64,000 nt of DNA from an uncultured Geoanaerobacter sp. Its GTDB lineage: Bacteria > Desulfobacterota > Desulfuromonadia > Geobacterales > DSM-12255. The translations under genes and the position numbers were made by a program. Position 1 is the stretch's first letter, and every line of letters starts with the position of its first letter. Of this stretch, positions 28,090 through 38,009 are shown one piece after another. Location: the NCBI GenBank assembly GCA_964528055.1, contig CAZGQM010000001.1:365690-429689 (forward strand), read 5' to 3'. The notes under the pieces were generated by a model. The model did no database searches and had not been told where the DNA came from. It was given only the letters and a program-made list of their open reading frames with translations.

Positions 28090-28806
28090 TTACCGTAAAA
28101 TTATTTCAACCCGCCGGTTTCTTGGTTCAGCAATACCGTCAGGGGTGGGGATAAGAGGATTGCCCTTGCCGTGTGAGGAAACGGACATCTGATCGGCGGG
28201 CACCCCGATCTGGAGCAGCAGTCGTTCCACAAAAGTTGATCGGTCACGAGCCAGCTTGTTGTTGTACTCGTCCGATCCGACGGTATCTGTATGACCGCTG
28301 ACGCGAATGGTGATCGCCTGCCGTCTCTTAATGGCGGCAATTACCTCTTCCAGGGCCTGGCGGGATTTAGTGGTAAGCTTTGTGGTTCCGGTCTCGAAGT
28401 ACAGAATGAATTTTTCGGAAGGGAGCGGTTCAACGGCCAGGACATCGGCAAACGTAGCAGCGATGAACTTCTGGTCTGCCTCGGTAACAGAGGGTGCTAC
28501 CTCTGACACCCCTTTGACGGTGATCATATCTCCCGGTTTTTCCAGAAGGCTTGTGCCGCCGGTTGTCCTCACGTCAGCTTTTCCGATCTGTCCGTTCGGG
28601 TCGGGCACAAGGATAATCGTCGTCTTCGGAGCGCTGTCCACAACAATGGTCTGCTTGGGAGCACAGCCGGCAACAAGGCACAGCAGCAAGGGAAAAACAG
28701 CTAATGCCGGCAGTTTGAGCCGATTTTGGCGGAGTGTCGAGATAATCCCTGGCACGAACAATCTCCTGGATTGCAACCAGAGGAATTTATACCAATTCCA
28801 TATCAA
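28090..28806 (-). CDS. OmpA-family lipoprotein
   Basis: The lipobox is LLCLVAGC. The OmpA C-terminal domain motifs are VSGHTDTVGSDEYNNKLARDRS and NRRVEI. Confidence 0.85.
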   Translation of the reverse strand: MIWNWYKFLWLQSRRLFVPGIISTLRQNRLKLPALAVFPLLLCLVAGCAPKQTIVVDSAPKTTIILVPDPNGQIGKADVRTTGGTSLLEKPGDMITVKGVSEVAPSVTEADQKFIAATFADVLAVEPLPSEKFILYFETGTTKLTTKSRQALEEVIAAIKRRQAITIRVSGHTDTVGSDEYNNKLARDRSTFVERLLLQIGVPADQMSVSSHGKGNPLIPTPDGIAEPRNRRVEIILR

Positions 28807-28908
28807 GGCCCTATCTTTGTGACTCTTCTTCGGGTGCTCAACGTACTGATATGGCAGACTCGCAGCCTCAATCCTCGCCTTGATATCATCCTTGATCTGG
28901 GATTGGCA

Positions 28909-29352
28909 TTACTCCTCAATGGTGATCAGCAACTTTGTCCCTCGCACAGCAATGGTGGCATCGGGAACGATCAGTTGTACTGCATTTGGCGCGAGTTTTC
29001 CGATCATGCCGGAAAGATAGGAGAATGTGCCCTTGACCATCCGGGTAACAAGAGAGAATTTTCCCTCCTTCGGATCAAAGACAACATCGGTCAGTGAGAG
29101 TTCGCTGTTGGGACCCAGCGAGATTGTCGTATCATCGGTCAGGACAATACCCACAGCTCCAGGTTTGGCTGTCCGGACCAGATCCCCCTTGTACAGCAGC
29201 GTGCCTATCTGGAGCGGGATTATGCGGCTCTCGCGGAGAACAGAAGCGGTCCCCTGCAAGGTCTGGATTTTTCCGATGGGACCTGAAGGGAGTGCGAATG
29301 CCGAAGATGCAATCATACTAAAGAAAAACAGTGAATAAATCAGGTCTCTCAT
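28909..29352 (-). CDS. FecR-domain periplasmic protein
   Basis: I place the start at MRDLIYSLFFFSMIASSAFA (signal peptide). G.V..L.G.A.V...PLQIGTLLYKGDLVRT...GIVLTDDTTISLGPNSEL fits the FecR pattern. Confidence 0.7.
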   Translation of the reverse strand: MRDLIYSLFFFSMIASSAFALPSGPIGKIQTLQGTASVLRESRIIPLQIGTLLYKGDLVRTAKPGAVGIVLTDDTTISLGPNSELSLTDVVFDPKEGKFSLVTRMVKGTFSYLSGMIGKLAPNAVQLIVPDATIAVRGTKLLITIEE

Positions 29353-29435
29353 GTTGCCACCAATAATTTGATAATAACATTTTAATAAATAATAGCTTCT
29401 CAATCGTTTCCGTCAATCAGAAGAATCAACCCCAT

Positions 29436-30422
29436 CTAGTTTAAAATCAGCCAGTTCACAAGCTGCAGAACTAGCGGGATGGTCAGCAAGCCGCCGAGCG
29501 TACCGACAGTGAGCATTGCGGAAGCTTTCTCGGGACAACTGTCGAATTTAACGTTAAGCAGATATGCCATGATAGGCCCCGGCATTGCAGAGTTGAGAAC
29601 TATGACCGCCTCAGTTGTCCTGTGGTCGAGATGCACAAGAACATCAGCTGCTGCATCGTGCGGCATCACGCCGGTCTTGCGGAACAGGAACACAAGCAGA
29701 AAAGCAGTGGCAGGGCCGCCGATTGTCCTGAGCAAACCGCCGATAGCGCCGTCGGGCAGGTCTGATAGCTTTGATTCGTTAAGTGAGTAGCCGAAGGTGA
29801 TGATCAGAAGCGGAATAGCGCCGTAGCCGATAACATCTATTGCCTTTTCCACAACGCCGAACAGCAGGGCAAACGTGCTGTCTCCGATGCCGACGGAGAG
29901 TTTTGCCGTGAGGATCCCCAGCACCATGGCCCACAGGGCGGGAATTTTTAAAATCTGCAGCAGGTTGGCTTTGCCGCTTACCAGGAACACCCCGAACGAA
30001 TACATGAAGAGGATGTTGACCATATGGAATATGACCGCCTTGGCAAGTCCCTCATTGCCGTAGAGAAGAAGGGAGATCGGGAGCGAAAGCGTGCCGGTAC
30101 TCATGAAGATGATCGGCAGGTAGTAACCGTTCTCCTCAACGCCTGCCCGCTTTTTGCAAAACCAGGCAAAAGGAAACATTATGGCTATCAGGAAGATCAC
30201 TGCTCCGCCAATGATGACCATTTCCCTGGGGTCAAAGATCCGTTTGTGCATGGAGGCGTAGATCAGTGCCGGAGAAAAGACATAATAGATCAGGTTGGAA
30301 ACTGTTTTCTGATGGACCGACTTGTCCCAGCGCCCCAGCAGATAGCCGATAAAGGCAATTGCAAATGAGGGGATGATCGCTTTAAGGACGAGCAGCAGTT
30401 CCGGAGATATCAACGTATGCAT
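29436..30422 (-). CDS. AEC-family (auxin efflux carrier-type) permease
   Basis: 328-aa polytopic membrane protein of about 10 TM segments. It is a paralogue of the adjacent gene. Confidence 0.65.
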   Translation of the reverse strand: MHTLISPELLLVLKAIIPSFAIAFIGYLLGRWDKSVHQKTVSNLIYYVFSPALIYASMHKRIFDPREMVIIGGAVIFLIAIMFPFAWFCKKRAGVEENGYYLPIIFMSTGTLSLPISLLLYGNEGLAKAVIFHMVNILFMYSFGVFLVSGKANLLQILKIPALWAMVLGILTAKLSVGIGDSTFALLFGVVEKAIDVIGYGAIPLLIITFGYSLNESKLSDLPDGAIGGLLRTIGGPATAFLLVFLFRKTGVMPHDAAADVLVHLDHRTTEAVIVLNSAMPGPIMAYLLNVKFDSCPEKASAMLTVGTLGGLLTIPLVLQLVNWLILN

Positions 30423-30438
30423 GTAGAGGCACGACTCC

Positions 30439-31440
30439 TCAATCAGTAAAAATCAGCACATTTGTCAGGAGCATTACGACCGGTATCGAAACAACGCCGA
30501 TTGCTGCGCCGACAGCAAGCATGGACAAGGTTTCGGCAACATGCGAACCTCGCCACTTGTTGGAGAGATAGCATGACATGGCACCAGGCATGGCGCTCCC
30601 CAGAATGATAACCGCTTCCGTAGTTCGCATGTCTATATAAAACAGCAGATTATACCCTTTGTCCATCGGCAGAAAGTTTAACTTACGCGACAGGAAGACA
30701 AGAATAAAGGCTAAAAATGGTCCGGCAATCATTCTGGTCAATCCGCCTGAAATCCCCAACGGAATATCGCTGCACCTGAGCCTGCTGAGAGGATAGCCAT
30801 AACTGATTAACAGCACAGGCAGTGCACCTATGCAGATGATATCAATCCCTTTTTCGGTAAGGATCAGGAATTCAGAGAGAAAGTAGGGGGGGCGCACTGA
30901 CGGACTGGCTGATATCATGCCGAAAGCAGCCGCTATAAACGAGGGGCTTCGGAAAAAACGCCTGAGACGGGTGTGACCGTCAGTCAACCAGCATCCGACC
31001 GAATAAAAGAGAAATGATGAAAAAAGGTGAAACATCACAGCCTTGGCCAGTCCTTCGCTGCCGAACAGCAGATACGAAAGCGGCAGCAGGACCGTGCCGG
31101 AACTCATGAAAAGCATTGACAGGATATATCCGTTGTCTGCTGAGCCAGCCCTTTTCCCGATGAATAAGGCAAAAGGGAGCAATCCTGCCATGAGCAGAAA
31201 TGTTGAGGCTCCGATTGCAGCTGTTTCCAGCGGGATAAAGGGGTGCCTGTGCAATGCAGAAAAGACCAGAGCCGGAGAAAATACAAAATAGATAAGGCTG
31301 GAGAGGGTATTTTCATTTCTGGACTGGTCAAATCTGCCGACCAGATACCCTACAGCGATTATGGCCAGGCAGGGGATAACGGCCCTGATGATCATGAGTG
31401 TTTCGATGGAAGAGATGAGGGAAAGCAGAGGGCCGGGCAT
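30439..31440 (-). CDS. AEC-family permease (tandem paralogue)
   Basis: 333 aa with the same layout as 29436..30422. Shared segments include GYLVGRFD.., SSLIYFVFSPALVF and LLFGSEGLAKAV. Confidence 0.65.
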   Translation of the reverse strand: MPGPLLSLISSIETLMIIRAVIPCLAIIAVGYLVGRFDQSRNENTLSSLIYFVFSPALVFSALHRHPFIPLETAAIGASTFLLMAGLLPFALFIGKRAGSADNGYILSMLFMSSGTVLLPLSYLLFGSEGLAKAVMFHLFSSFLFYSVGCWLTDGHTRLRRFFRSPSFIAAAFGMISASPSVRPPYFLSEFLILTEKGIDIICIGALPVLLISYGYPLSRLRCSDIPLGISGGLTRMIAGPFLAFILVFLSRKLNFLPMDKGYNLLFYIDMRTTEAVIILGSAMPGAMSCYLSNKWRGSHVAETLSMLAVGAAIGVVSIPVVMLLTNVLIFTD

Positions 31441-32441
31441 TATCGTATAACCTCGGACAGACGCAGCAGCTGAATTGGAAAAGTGGCCCCCAACCGGTCG
31501 GCAGTTCGCAGATTGATAGTGATATTCAGCTGTGCAACCCTCTTTACCGGGATATCGGTCGGTTTTTTCCCGTTCAATATTTCCAGGGCATTTTCCGCAG
31601 CCAGCCTTCCCAGCGTATAATAATCCGGTCCAAGGGCAATAAGCGCACCATTCTCCTTAACCATCTCGGGAATGATCACAATGGAGGGGATCTTGTGCTT
31701 GTTAAGGGTTGAGATGATCCTGTGGGCATTGGCCTTTATGAGAGAGTCCGAAGGGAACATCACCGCATCCGGTTTCAGATCAAGCATAGATTTGAGAGTC
31801 TGTGGGATCGTCTCCCTGTTCTGAATGGGCAGATCAAATTTTATGAAGCCTGACCGGGTCTGCAGCTCCTCAAGGTCAACTTTCTGATACAGGGATGAGG
31901 GATCATTGACGTAATACATGAACCCGAGCTTGTGGATATGCATGACAAGTTTTAATGTCTTCAGGGCGCTTTCCATGGAGACGTAGTTGGAAGCCCCGGT
32001 AACATTATTGCCGGAGTGTTCCCACGCTTTGACGATTCCCCCCTCGACAGGGCGCTGCACAATGTTGAATACGATCGGGGTGTCCCTGACTTTTTTCATG
32101 ACCTTCTGGGTGACCGTTGTGCCGAAAGTGTAGATGAGCCGGTATTCCGCCGGGTTCAGGGTTTCTAGGAGCCGGTCAAGTTGTGCAGCATTCTGGTTTA
32201 CATCGAAAATGGTCAGTTTTACATCAAATTGCGGAGATTTTTGCAGGGTCTCGATGAACCCCTTTTCTGCAGGAGTCTCACCCCGGAACAGGATCATCGC
32301 TACCTTGACCTGTTCCCTGGCGTATGAAGGAAGGCTTGCTGCGTGAATGAAGCAACTGGCCAGCAGAGCATATATCACCGTTATCCGGAGAAAACGGTGC
32401 AGTGCGCGGAGGAAACAGTACATTCTTATCCAATGCCCCAT
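31440..32441 (-). CDS. Periplasmic solute-binding protein (ABC_sub_bind/PF04392-like)
   Basis: TPIVFNIVQRPVEGGIVKAWEHSGNNVTGASN and the LNGKKPTDIPV...LNITINLRTADRLGATFP pattern are typical of this family. Its stop overlaps the permease start. The start codon is uncertain. Confidence 0.6.
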   Translation of the reverse strand: MGHWIRMYCFLRALHRFLRITVIYALLASCFIHAASLPSYAREQVKVAMILFRGETPAEKGFIETLQKSPQFDVKLTIFDVNQNAAQLDRLLETLNPAEYRLIYTFGTTVTQKVMKKVRDTPIVFNIVQRPVEGGIVKAWEHSGNNVTGASNYVSMESALKTLKLVMHIHKLGFMYYVNDPSSLYQKVDLEELQTRSGFIKFDLPIQNRETIPQTLKSMLDLKPDAVMFPSDSLIKANAHRIISTLNKHKIPSIVIIPEMVKENGALIALGPDYYTLGRLAAENALEILNGKKPTDIPVKRVAQLNITINLRTADRLGATFPIQLLRLSEVIR

Positions 32442-32666
32442 GAAATGTGCCTGATATGAATATTTTGTGAATTCTGCCAGCTGTTCCTACACTTGTCCAA
32501 TAATTAATGATAATCTGTTGTGATCCCACTTTGAAGCGAATCTTGCCAGACGCTCCAGCACGGAATCTTCTCTGCAAAAAGTTATTGTATCAGCATGTTA
32601 TGGTGCTACTATAAATAATCTTTGACGAGGAGTAATGCATCTTCAGACGTGCAGGTGATTAATTAA

Positions 32667-35288
32667 ATGCAGATCATAAAACCTGACAATCTCGGCCTTC
32701 TCTTTACCCCGGTTATGACCGGTGACAACTGCTGCATATCCGTGGCGGCAATGGCCTGTTTTACCCTTGAAACTGACCTGCCGGAGAGGCTGCAGCCAGA
32801 AGCCGAAATCTGGCAGAGCGCGGCAGCCGAACTGGGAGAAGGCGAGGCGTTTGACATGGGGCTGCCCAAGCAGCGGGGTGAATTCCTGGTCTATGGCAGC
32901 TGCCACGCGCCCCAGACCGCAGAGGGTATGCAGGTGAGCGTAACGGTTTCCCATATCTCCAAGACCCTGAATGTAACGGGACCAAGATCCTGGAACGCGG
33001 CTGGTCTGCCGCCTGAACCTGAACCCTTTAAGGAGATGCGGGTCACCTGGGCCAATGCCTTTGGTGGCGAGGGGTGGGAGCCGAACCCCCTTGGAGTCGG
33101 CATTGCGCCCGGCCCGGACGGCAGGGTACCGATTCCTGCAATCACAGAGCCGCGCCATCACCTGACATCAATCAAAGACCGCCCTGAACCGGCGGGTTTC
33201 AGAGCCATGAATCCCTTCTGGCCGCAAAGGAAGCACTATCTGGGCGCATTCGACGATAAGTGGTTGAAAAGCCGCTGGCCGCATTACCCCCTTGATACCG
33301 ATCCGGAGTATTTCAACACCGCTCCCATGGATCAGCGCCTGACAGGGTTCTTCACAGGTGACGAGCCAGTGCGTCTTCTGAACATGCATCCGGAGAAACC
33401 GGAAATCCGCTCGACTCTACCGGGGGTGCGGGCCCGTCTGTTCATCAACCGGATGGTCGACGGCAGGGAATCTTTTATTGAGATTTCTGCTCATGCCGAG
33501 ACACTATGGCTATTCCCGGGAAACGACTGCGGCGTGCTTCTTTTCAGGGGATTGTCAAAAGTGACTGACGAGACCATGGATGATGTGACCCACCTGATGG
33601 CCGAATGGGAGCCGCTGAACACACAACCGGAATCGTTCGAGTACTACCACCGGAAATTCAGGGAAAGCGTATCACCCGCTTCCGCCGAACCGGAAGAACC
33701 GCCACCTGCAGTCGTTCCTGCCGGGAATGCCCCCACCCCTCAGCCAGAAACGGCAGTTTCAGCGCCTAAGCCGCCTGAACCGCCCCCTCTCTCGCCCGAG
33801 GAGGAAAAGCTGATGGCCGAAATGAATGCCATGACAGCCAAACTTGAGGGCGAGATCGATGGGATCTTTGCCAAAATGGGTATGACCAGGGAAGAGGCGA
33901 TGGCCAGGTTTGTCCCCAAACCGGCGCCGGAACCATCACCAGTCGAACTTGACCGGATGATGGCGGACATGGAGAAACAGATTGAATCACTCTTCAAGAA
34001 GATGGGGACGACCAGAGAGGAGGTGACGCGTAAATATCTCTCCCAGCAGGCACCTCCCGCTGACCCGCATGCGGAGATCCAAAAACTGACTACCGCACTC
34101 CAGCAGATGCAGGCAAATCTCAAAAAGTCGGGGATCAGTCAGGAAGAACTGGCAAAGATGGTACCGGGTACCGATCCCGCCATGTTCGATTTTGACGCAG
34201 TCATCGACGGCCTTGCCTTTCTGGCAGCCGAAATCCCCACCACACCCGCTCCGGAAGAGCCTAAACCGACTGTTGAGCCGCCACCTGAAGCGAAACCGGA
34301 AAAACCGGAACTCGCTGAAACGATTGAGGACCGTATTGCCGGGGGGAAAAACTTGGCTGGGCTGGACCTGACGGGAATGGATTTCTCCGGCCGCGACTTA
34401 TCCAATTCCGATTTTTCCGGGGCGATCCTGGCTGAAGCGCTTTTTGTCAGTGCGTTGCTGGAAGGTGCGATCTTTACCGGGGCGCTGCTTCCGGGTGCCG
34501 ATTTCAGCGGGGCGACGATGGCAAAGTCGCGTCTGGCAGGTGTTTCCGCAGTTGGTGCAAAATTCCCCATGACCGACCTGAAATGTGCCGACCTCTCGGG
34601 GAGTGATTTTAACGGCTCTGATTTCAGCGGGGCAGATCTGTCTGGAGCAACTCTTTCCGGCTCGCTCTTTGCCGACGCATCGCTTCGTGATATCAGGGGA
34701 GCCGGGGTGGAGGCCGTAAAATCCAGCTTTACCTCTGCCGACCTCTCGGGAGCAGATCTGCGCCGGGCAGATCTGAAGACTGCCGATTTTTCACATACGA
34801 ATCTCACAAAAACCTGTTTCAGTGAAGCAGAAGCCTCGCAGGCGGCTTTTTATGGCGCCCATGGAACAGGCACCGATTTCAGCAATGCGAAAATGTCCGG
34901 TTCTCTTGCAGAAATCGGAACCGAGTTCATTGATGCACTGTTTTCCGGTGCGGACATGACCCGTTCCTGCTGGGACAGTGTTCGTTTTACCGGCGTCCGC
35001 ATGGACCGGGCGGTGCTGGATCATGCCGATTTCAGCCGGAGCGTTTTTGAACGGGCGTACATGGTGAATGCCACTGCCCGGGAGGCTGATTTCATGAAGA
35101 TTGCCATGACACGCTGCGACCTTCAGGGGGTAAATTTTTTCAAGGCGTCGTTCCGCCATGCCCGGCTTACGGAGTGTGACCTGAAGCAGTCCAGTATGTT
35201 CGGCACGGATCTTTACAAAGCAAGGATTGTGGAAAGCGATACCCGGGGGACCGTGTTCACGAGAGCGCAGGCTATGCCTGTGGGATAG
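32667..35288 (+). CDS. DUF2169-domain protein fused to a Pro-rich linker and C-terminal pentapeptide repeats (T6SS-associated)
   Basis: 873 aa. The N-terminus MQIIKPDNLGLLFTP... is typical of DUF2169. The C-terminal ~300 aa are A(D/N)LSG-type pentapeptide repeats (DFSGADLSGATLSGSLF...). It lies immediately upstream of vgrG. Confidence 0.75.
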   Translation: MQIIKPDNLGLLFTPVMTGDNCCISVAAMACFTLETDLPERLQPEAEIWQSAAAELGEGEAFDMGLPKQRGEFLVYGSCHAPQTAEGMQVSVTVSHISKTLNVTGPRSWNAAGLPPEPEPFKEMRVTWANAFGGEGWEPNPLGVGIAPGPDGRVPIPAITEPRHHLTSIKDRPEPAGFRAMNPFWPQRKHYLGAFDDKWLKSRWPHYPLDTDPEYFNTAPMDQRLTGFFTGDEPVRLLNMHPEKPEIRSTLPGVRARLFINRMVDGRESFIEISAHAETLWLFPGNDCGVLLFRGLSKVTDETMDDVTHLMAEWEPLNTQPESFEYYHRKFRESVSPASAEPEEPPPAVVPAGNAPTPQPETAVSAPKPPEPPPLSPEEEKLMAEMNAMTAKLEGEIDGIFAKMGMTREEAMARFVPKPAPEPSPVELDRMMADMEKQIESLFKKMGTTREEVTRKYLSQQAPPADPHAEIQKLTTALQQMQANLKKSGISQEELAKMVPGTDPAMFDFDAVIDGLAFLAAEIPTTPAPEEPKPTVEPPPEAKPEKPELAETIEDRIAGGKNLAGLDLTGMDFSGRDLSNSDFSGAILAEALFVSALLEGAIFTGALLPGADFSGATMAKSRLAGVSAVGAKFPMTDLKCADLSGSDFNGSDFSGADLSGATLSGSLFADASLRDIRGAGVEAVKSSFTSADLSGADLRRADLKTADFSHTNLTKTCFSEAEASQAAFYGAHGTGTDFSNAKMSGSLAEIGTEFIDALFSGADMTRSCWDSVRFTGVRMDRAVLDHADFSRSVFERAYMVNATAREADFMKIAMTRCDLQGVNFFKASFRHARLTECDLKQSSMFGTDLYKARIVESDTRGTVFTRAQAMPVG

Positions 35289-35317
35289 GGTTTAGTTAAT
35301 CAAATGGAGGCTGCATA

Positions 35318-37948
35318 ATGACCTCGATCAAGAAAAAACTCAGTTTCAGATCATCGGCTCTTGCGGACGATACCTTCGAAGTGGTGAGTTTCTCCGGTAC
35401 CGAAGGACTTTCACGACTGTACATCTTCGATATTTCGTTGGTAGCAGACAGTGACGAGATCGAACTGGAAAGCGTGATTCAGTCGCGGGCCAAACTGACG
35501 ATTCTCCGTGATGATGTTAATATCGTCTTTCACGGTATCCTCTCTGTATTTGAACAGATGGAGACCGCCCAGGGGCGCACCCGCTACCGCGCCGTCCTGA
35601 CCCCGGCCTTCTGGCGTCAGACCCTGACGCACCACAACCAGATCTTTCTTGACAAAACCTATCCGGAGATTATCGAAGCTGCTTTGAAAGACGGCGGGCT
35701 GACCAGCCTTGACTACCGTTTCAACCTGACCGGCACCTACGAGCTCCATGAATATATCTGCCAGTACAACGAGAGCCACTTCAACTTCATCTCGCGCCTG
35801 ATGGAGCGGGAGGGGATCTATTTCTACTTCGAGCAAGGAGCTGACAGCGAAAAACTCATTATAACCGATTCCTCTCAACTCCATTCGGTCATGGATGCCG
35901 GGATGAAGATGTATTATTCGCAGATATCAGGGCTGGACGAAACATCCCGCGAAGAGGTGATCAAGTCGCTCATCTGCAGCCAGAAAATACTTCCGGCGAG
36001 GGTACTGCTGAAGGATTACAACTACCGCAAACCTTTGCTGGATCTTGCAGTGGAAGCACCGGTTTCCGAACGGGGTCTTGGAGACGTTTTCATCTACGGA
36101 GAGCATTTCTCGACGCCGGAAGAGGGGAACCGTCTGGCCAGGGTGCGGGCCGAGGAGCTGAAATGCCGGGGCCGGGTTTACCTGGGGGAGAGCCTGATCC
36201 CGTACCTGCGGCCGGGGTACATCTTCGAGCTTGCCGGCCACAACCGCAACGATTTCAACATTTCGTACCTAACCACTGACATTTCGCACAACGGTGACCA
36301 GAGCTTCATGCTAACCGCCGGACTCGATGAGACAGCCACCGCCAGGGAGCTGTCACCGTATTACCGCAACAGCTTTACCGCCATCAACTCCGCCAGCCAG
36401 TTCCGCCCGGAACGGACCACCGGCAAGCCTCGCATTTCCGGCACTATCAACGCCCAGATAGACTCCGAAGGGAGCGGACAGTATGCCGAGATCGACAGGG
36501 AAGGGCGCTACAAGGTGCGTCTGCCGTTTGATCTGAGCGGCAGCAAAGAGGGGAAGGCGTCATCCTGGCTGCGCATGGCACAGCCCTATGCAGCGGCTGG
36601 CAACGAAACCGGCATGCACTTCCCGCTGCACAAGGGAACCGAGGTGCTGCTCACCTTTATCGACGGCGACCCGGACCGCCCCATCATCTCGGCGGCAGTG
36701 CCGAATCCGCAGTTCCCCAGCCCGATCAACGAGAACAACAGCTCGCAAAGCCGCATCAAGACCGCCGGCAACAACCTGTTCCATATGGAGGACCAGCAGG
36801 GGGGAGAACGGATACTGCTGCATACGCCAAAGGCCAACAGCTGGATCAGGTTGGGGACACCCAGTGACCAGCCAACCTTGGATCAAAGGGTAGCCAGCCT
36901 GGAGCAGAATGTTACGAATATCGGAGCTAAAATTTTTTCCAACGGAGGTTTTTCGGTTGAAGCTGCCTGGGAGAACAAGCTGCTTTACGGACAACAATTT
37001 CAGTTTTTGCTAGGATCGCGTAACGATGTGCTCCTGGGTACGGAACTGGCGGCAAAATTAGCCGCTAGCTTCAATATTTGCTTTGGAGTCGCAGCTGAGT
37101 TAGTTTTTCAAAACAAGATATTATTCAGTAAAGGCAGTAGTATTACACATACCAAAACCAATGATCTTGTCGCATCTGACTCTGTGGAGATTAAGGTAGG
37201 CACCGATCCCAAGGACATAAAGGAAATGGCAAAATGGTTCTGGAAAGGGCCAATCGTTGCTGGTCTAACTGCTCATTTTGTAACCTTAGTCGAAGGGATT
37301 ATTTCAGCTGAGAGTGAAGATCACAGAACAGGAGGTGCCATAGCCGCTGCAGCTCTAGCGTCACTGGCGGCAATTATGACGCAAATCCCTTTGCGAGGTT
37401 CTTGGAAGGAAAAAGATTTTTTTAATTTTGATGATACATCACCGTATCTATCCAGAGTGACTTTAAAGAAGGAATTTATAGATTTGAACTCACCAACTAT
37501 AAGGGTTGTAGCGGGAGAACTTAAACAAGGGGAAGGTGAACCCAAACTCGAACACGGCACAGCAGAGATTCGAGCTGACAGATCTCTCACTTTATCATCC
37601 TCGATTGTTTTAATTGAGGCTGAAGATGATCCCATCCTCCCGACAACGACGGTTTATGAGGGGGGTGTGTTGCTCAGAGCATCCAAGAAAATCAATGTCA
37701 TTTCTTATGATGATGATGTGAATATAACATCTGGCAAAAATAAAAAAGTAAATATCCAAGCTCCTGATGGTATAGCTTCCATAAAATCATCAAAAAATAC
37801 CGGACTAATAGCCGATAAAAACGATGTTACGTTGCAAGGAGAGACAGTTTTATTGGATGCTCAAAATATTAATCTGAATGCAAGAGAAGAAGTGAATATT
37901 TTTGGGAATAGTGTAAAAGTTAATGGAAAATTTATAAAACTTGCATAA
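35318..37948 (+). CDS. vgrG: T6SS spike protein VgrG (TssI) with an AT-rich ~350-aa C-terminal extension
   Basis: 876 aa. The gp27/gp5-like core includes FEVVSFSGTEGLSRLYIFDISL and GMHFPLHKGTEVLLTFIDGDPDRPII. The extension begins at about nt 36890. Confidence 0.9.
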   Translation: MTSIKKKLSFRSSALADDTFEVVSFSGTEGLSRLYIFDISLVADSDEIELESVIQSRAKLTILRDDVNIVFHGILSVFEQMETAQGRTRYRAVLTPAFWRQTLTHHNQIFLDKTYPEIIEAALKDGGLTSLDYRFNLTGTYELHEYICQYNESHFNFISRLMEREGIYFYFEQGADSEKLIITDSSQLHSVMDAGMKMYYSQISGLDETSREEVIKSLICSQKILPARVLLKDYNYRKPLLDLAVEAPVSERGLGDVFIYGEHFSTPEEGNRLARVRAEELKCRGRVYLGESLIPYLRPGYIFELAGHNRNDFNISYLTTDISHNGDQSFMLTAGLDETATARELSPYYRNSFTAINSASQFRPERTTGKPRISGTINAQIDSEGSGQYAEIDREGRYKVRLPFDLSGSKEGKASSWLRMAQPYAAAGNETGMHFPLHKGTEVLLTFIDGDPDRPIISAAVPNPQFPSPINENNSSQSRIKTAGNNLFHMEDQQGGERILLHTPKANSWIRLGTPSDQPTLDQRVASLEQNVTNIGAKIFSNGGFSVEAAWENKLLYGQQFQFLLGSRNDVLLGTELAAKLAASFNICFGVAAELVFQNKILFSKGSSITHTKTNDLVASDSVEIKVGTDPKDIKEMAKWFWKGPIVAGLTAHFVTLVEGIISAESEDHRTGGAIAAAALASLAAIMTQIPLRGSWKEKDFFNFDDTSPYLSRVTLKKEFIDLNSPTIRVVAGELKQGEGEPKLEHGTAEIRADRSLTLSSSIVLIEAEDDPILPTTTVYEGGVLLRASKKINVISYDDDVNITSGKNKKVNIQAPDGIASIKSSKNTGLIADKNDVTLQGETVLLDAQNINLNAREEVNIFGNSVKVNGKFIKLA

Positions 37949-38009
37949 GATTACACTGTTCTGAACTTTTTAGCGTCTCCTTACGCATATTCAGAAGAAA
38001 CGATTTGTC

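Noticed and set aside
34139-34807. 222-aa minus-strand ORF; similar long antisense ORFs occur at 37991..38557, 38964..40007, 33740..34123 and 34791..35159
   Set aside because: All lie antisense to pentapeptide-repeat, DUF3540 or PAAR coding sequence in GC-rich DNA. Their translations are low-complexity (S/A/P/R-rich), which is the expected shadow-frame artefact. The plus-strand genes have clear family signatures.
33700-35200. Periodic DNA repeats that might be mistaken for a CRISPR or tandem-repeat array
   Set aside because: The periodicity is 15 nt, in frame, and encodes pentapeptide repeats. There are no spacer-like unique segments and no cas genes.
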